Below, one piece after another: positions 53,811 to 56,368 of a DNA stretch of 56,368 nucleotides; position 1 is the stretch's first letter, and each line of letters opens with the position of its first letter. The position numbers and the translations under genes were made by a program. This DNA is from a virus (taxonomy: Duplodnaviria; Caudoviricetes): IMG/VR virus record IMGVR_UViG_3300017912_000240, positions 1 to 56,368 of that record; one strand, given 5' to 3'. Under the pieces are notes generated by a model. That model made no database searches and was not told where the DNA came from. It worked only from the letters and a program-made list of their open reading frames with translations.

Positions 53811-55459
53811 TACAGATACTCCTCAATGTCCACTGTGTCTACATCCTCTTGGTTGGGGTCGTTGATTTCCTGCATGCGGCCTGTGTCGGGGTCATACAGA
53901 AGATAGGTAGCAATGCCTGTCTCACCTGCATAGCGGTTCTTGAGAACACGTATGGTCGTGGTGTTGGCAACCACAGAGTCGGATGCCTGCTGGTCACGCT
54001 CCATAGCAATCACTGCGTCACTGATTTGTGCGATGCTGTGCGAGCCACGTAGCATGGACAGACTAATCTGTATACCCTGCTCCTGTCCCTTGTCACCTGA
54101 TGCACGCCGCAAGTGTGATACCAGAAGCATACAACACTGTGTCTCCTCGACCAGTGAGCGTAGCTGGGTCATCATCTTGTCAATGTTCCTGCGTTCGTCC
54201 TCACCCTCAAGGCCTGATACTAGGATACTCAAGTGGTCAATGATAATATACTTACAGTCAAGTGCCTTGACCATGTACCTAACACGGGACAGTATCTCGT
54301 CAGTCTGTATCGAACCGAAGTGGTCAAAGGCAAAGATGCGTCCACTGCCCACCGTTGCGGCCTCATACATGCGTAACTGTTTCTCGTCTACAGTGTCACG
54401 TATCTCCTTGATGTAGAGCCGTTTGCTTGCCTCGACAGACATCAGGTGGAAGATAGTCTGCTTGACATTTTCCTCAAGGCTGATGATGCCAATATTGTGT
54501 TTGGTATTATTTAGTAGGTGATGCTCAAGCTCACGCATGATGCTGGACTTGCCTGCACCTGTGCCTGCTGTGAACGTGATAAGCTCACCAGTACGCATAC
54601 CATAGAGCAACTCATTCATACCCTCGTATGGATAGGGTACGCTTTCCTGTTTCTCGTCATCATACAGGCCATCAAAGTCTTTGAGGTTGACGATACCTGC
54701 AGGGGTAAACGTCTTGGCTTCCCACCAACGCTTCATAAAGTCTTCGGTCTTGCCTGCTTTGAGATACTCATTGGCGTCCTTTGCTTTGAGGTGTACGACC
54801 TTACACTTGTTTGGCTCAAAGATTTGAGCCACTGCTGTGGCGGCGGCATGGCCTGGTTCGTCATTGTCAAAGCAGATAACAATCTGGTCATACTTATTGA
54901 GATACTCAAACTGTTCCTTGATTTCTTTGACTGCGGCCTGTGCGCCATTGCGTATAGAAACAACAGGCCACTTGCTACCCATCATCTGATAGGCAGACAC
55001 CGCATCCAACTCGCCCTCACAGATGGTGATAAACTTCCCAGCCTGTGAGAATAACTGCTGACCAAAGAGCGTAGCCTGAGACAGTCTGCCTTCGGCGTGA
55101 AAGTCTTTGGTGGCTGTGTGTCGTACCTTGTTAGCGATATGATTGCCATCACTATCATAGTATGGATAGATATGCTTACCGTCTGTAACGGTAATGCCAT
55201 AGGCTCTGGCGGCTTCCATGCTGATGCCACGGTCAGAAATTGGACTAAACTGTCCTCTTGATAAAGTTGTCATACTCTTACTCTGTGCTGTTGGTATAGG
55301 TGTAACCACGTTGTCTCTCCTGTTTGCGGGTGTATAGGATGAACAGACATAACAATAGGCATGTCCGTCATCATAGTGGACGTTACCATCTGATGAACCG
55401 CAGGAACTACACTCTCCACGGTGCGTTTCTCTTGAGTCAGTTTTGTGACTTGTTGACAT
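53810..55459 (-). CDS. Primase-helicase (T7 gp4-like)
   Basis: Zn finger CxxC...CxxC, TOPRIM EGELD and FDND, AGTGAGKS, IIDHL, VSHL, LRGS and KNR motifs. Confidence 0.95.
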   Translation of the reverse strand: MSTSHKTDSRETHRGECSSCGSSDGNVHYDDGHAYCYVCSSYTPANRRDNVVTPIPTAQSKSMTTLSRGQFSPISDRGISMEAARAYGITVTDGKHIYPYYDSDGNHIANKVRHTATKDFHAEGRLSQATLFGQQLFSQAGKFITICEGELDAVSAYQMMGSKWPVVSIRNGAQAAVKEIKEQFEYLNKYDQIVICFDNDEPGHAAATAVAQIFEPNKCKVVHLKAKDANEYLKAGKTEDFMKRWWEAKTFTPAGIVNLKDFDGLYDDEKQESVPYPYEGMNELLYGMRTGELITFTAGTGAGKSSIMRELEHHLLNNTKHNIGIISLEENVKQTIFHLMSVEASKRLYIKEIRDTVDEKQLRMYEAATVGSGRIFAFDHFGSIQTDEILSRVRYMVKALDCKYIIIDHLSILVSGLEGEDERRNIDKMMTQLRSLVEETQCCMLLVSHLRRASGDKGQEQGIQISLSMLRGSHSIAQISDAVIAMERDQQASDSVVANTTTIRVLKNRYAGETGIATYLLYDPDTGRMQEINDPNQEDVDTVDIEEYL

Positions 55460-55646
55460 AGTATCTCCCAAACTCTTCTTTGTTTGTGTAAAGAATAAGT
55501 GTGTCACCCTCTCGCTTTGTATAAAAGTCCATGCCGTGAGCAAGAAGCTCACGATGCTTTAGGAACTCTTCCTTTGCGGCCTCTGTCTTACACATATCCA
55601 TGTGTGATGGTGCCATGCCTACGCTTCTATACATCATTTGATACAT
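55437..55646 (-). CDS. Hypothetical protein
   Basis: GAGG SD; overlaps the primase start. Confidence 0.5.
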   Translation of the reverse strand: MYQMMYRSVGMAPSHMDMCKTEAAKEEFLKHRELLAHGMDFYTKREGDTLILYTNKEEFGRYYVNKSQN

Positions 55647-55841
55647 TTTTGGATACCTCTCTCATAGCCTCTGAAAAACTAATCTTTCGATTGCTGTTGT
55701 TCTGTAGTTTGATTGCCCTCTTCCGTAGCTTTCTCATTTCTGTCTTTGACTTCATTTATAACCTCGTCTGTTTCTTTGTCTCTCTTGACACCGAAACCAT
55801 CATAGTACCAGCTTCTCTGTTCTGGGTCAAGTAATATTTTT

Positions 55842-56024
55842 TTACTGGTCAAATTCTTGCTCCGAAATACTGAAGGCAAAGTCAACATTTTCTGTGTACA
55901 TTTCGTCTGCCTCTTCTCGTGCCATCTTCTTGGCTTCCTTCTGATTGTATCCCTCGTCAATATACTGGTGATACAATTCTCTGAAGAGTTGTTTCTTATC
56001 ACCATCCCATAAGTTCTTATCCAT
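55842..56024 (-). CDS. Hypothetical acidic protein
   Basis: TAATG coupling after the hydrolase; EGYxxKEAKKxA. Confidence 0.6.
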   Translation of the reverse strand: MDKNLWDGDKKQLFRELYHQYIDEGYNQKEAKKMAREEADEMYTENVDFAFSISEQEFDQ

Positions 56025-56368
56025 TAGTCCCACCTGTAGAAAATGTGGCTGTCAACCTTGACAATCCTTGTGTGTGTCTTCGACCAACTAGGCATTACAT
56101 AGTCAGCGTGGTAGTGTGTAGCCCCGTCCATGAACGTGCCGAACCAGCCGTTCAACACAATCTGTGCGTTCTCCTGCGACTTTACAAAAGCTTTCTTATT
56201 GCGTGGCGTATCAGACAGTCCATCGCAATACCAACTGAATTGGCATCGGTTTCTAACAGGATGTCCATTGTAGTGCTTTCCTTGCTGGACGACATCGCAT
56301 ACGTTGTCTGGAAATCGGTCATCGTACACCCGATTCATCACAACCTGCCCGACTGCAAGTTGCCCCAT
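56024..56368 (-). CDS. 3' part of cell wall hydrolase (SleB/Hydrolase_2 family)
   Basis: VMNRV, CQFSWYCDG, GATHYHADYVxPxW and HIFY motifs. Confidence 0.88.
   Translation of the reverse strand: MGQLAVGQVVMNRVYDDRFPDNVCDVVQQGKHYNGHPVRNRCQFSWYCDGLSDTPRNKKAFVKSQENAQIVLNGWFGTFMDGATHYHADYVMPSWSKTHTRIVKVDSHIFYRWD
56228..56368. repeat. Terminal overlap of circular assembly (identical to 1-141)
   Basis: Direct comparison of the two ends. Confidence 0.95.

Overview
This window is a complete, circularly permuted dsDNA phage genome of about 56,227 bp. Bases 1-141 are repeated at 56228-56368 as an assembly overlap. It looks like a marine podovirus of an alphaproteobacterial host. The minus strand carries a T7/cobavirus-like replication and nucleotide module: primase-helicase, family A DNA polymerase (Tyr762 type), SSB, endonuclease I, a PD-(D/E)XK nuclease, ThyX, class II RNR, glutaredoxin and tRNA-Arg(UCU). 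The plus strand carries an HMO-2011/HTVC103P-like morphogenesis module: TerL, portal, GroES, scaffold, MCP, adaptors, fibres, nozzle, ejection proteins, lysozyme and holin. I found no RNA polymerase, integrase or repressor. Three things stand out. (1) The largely non-coding region in front of the early genes (about 4.0-6.3 kb) is packed with apparent binding sites for several alphaproteobacterial global regulators: LexA GTTC-N7-GTTC arrays, a four-half-site Pho box 10 nt from a -10 element, Irr ICE and Fur-like boxes, five NtrC-like 17-mers and an IHF site. This is a candidate host-state sensing or regulator-decoy panel. (2) A glycosylation operon (CDI/GT8-like transferase, a three-domain GT-methyltransferase-Maf-like protein, GDP-mannose dehydratase) surrounds TerS, and a Ser/Thr-rich repeat fibre is a plausible target. 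(3) There is an unannotated, nearly leaderless ArfA-like gene. All functional calls come from motif recognition by eye; no database search was run.
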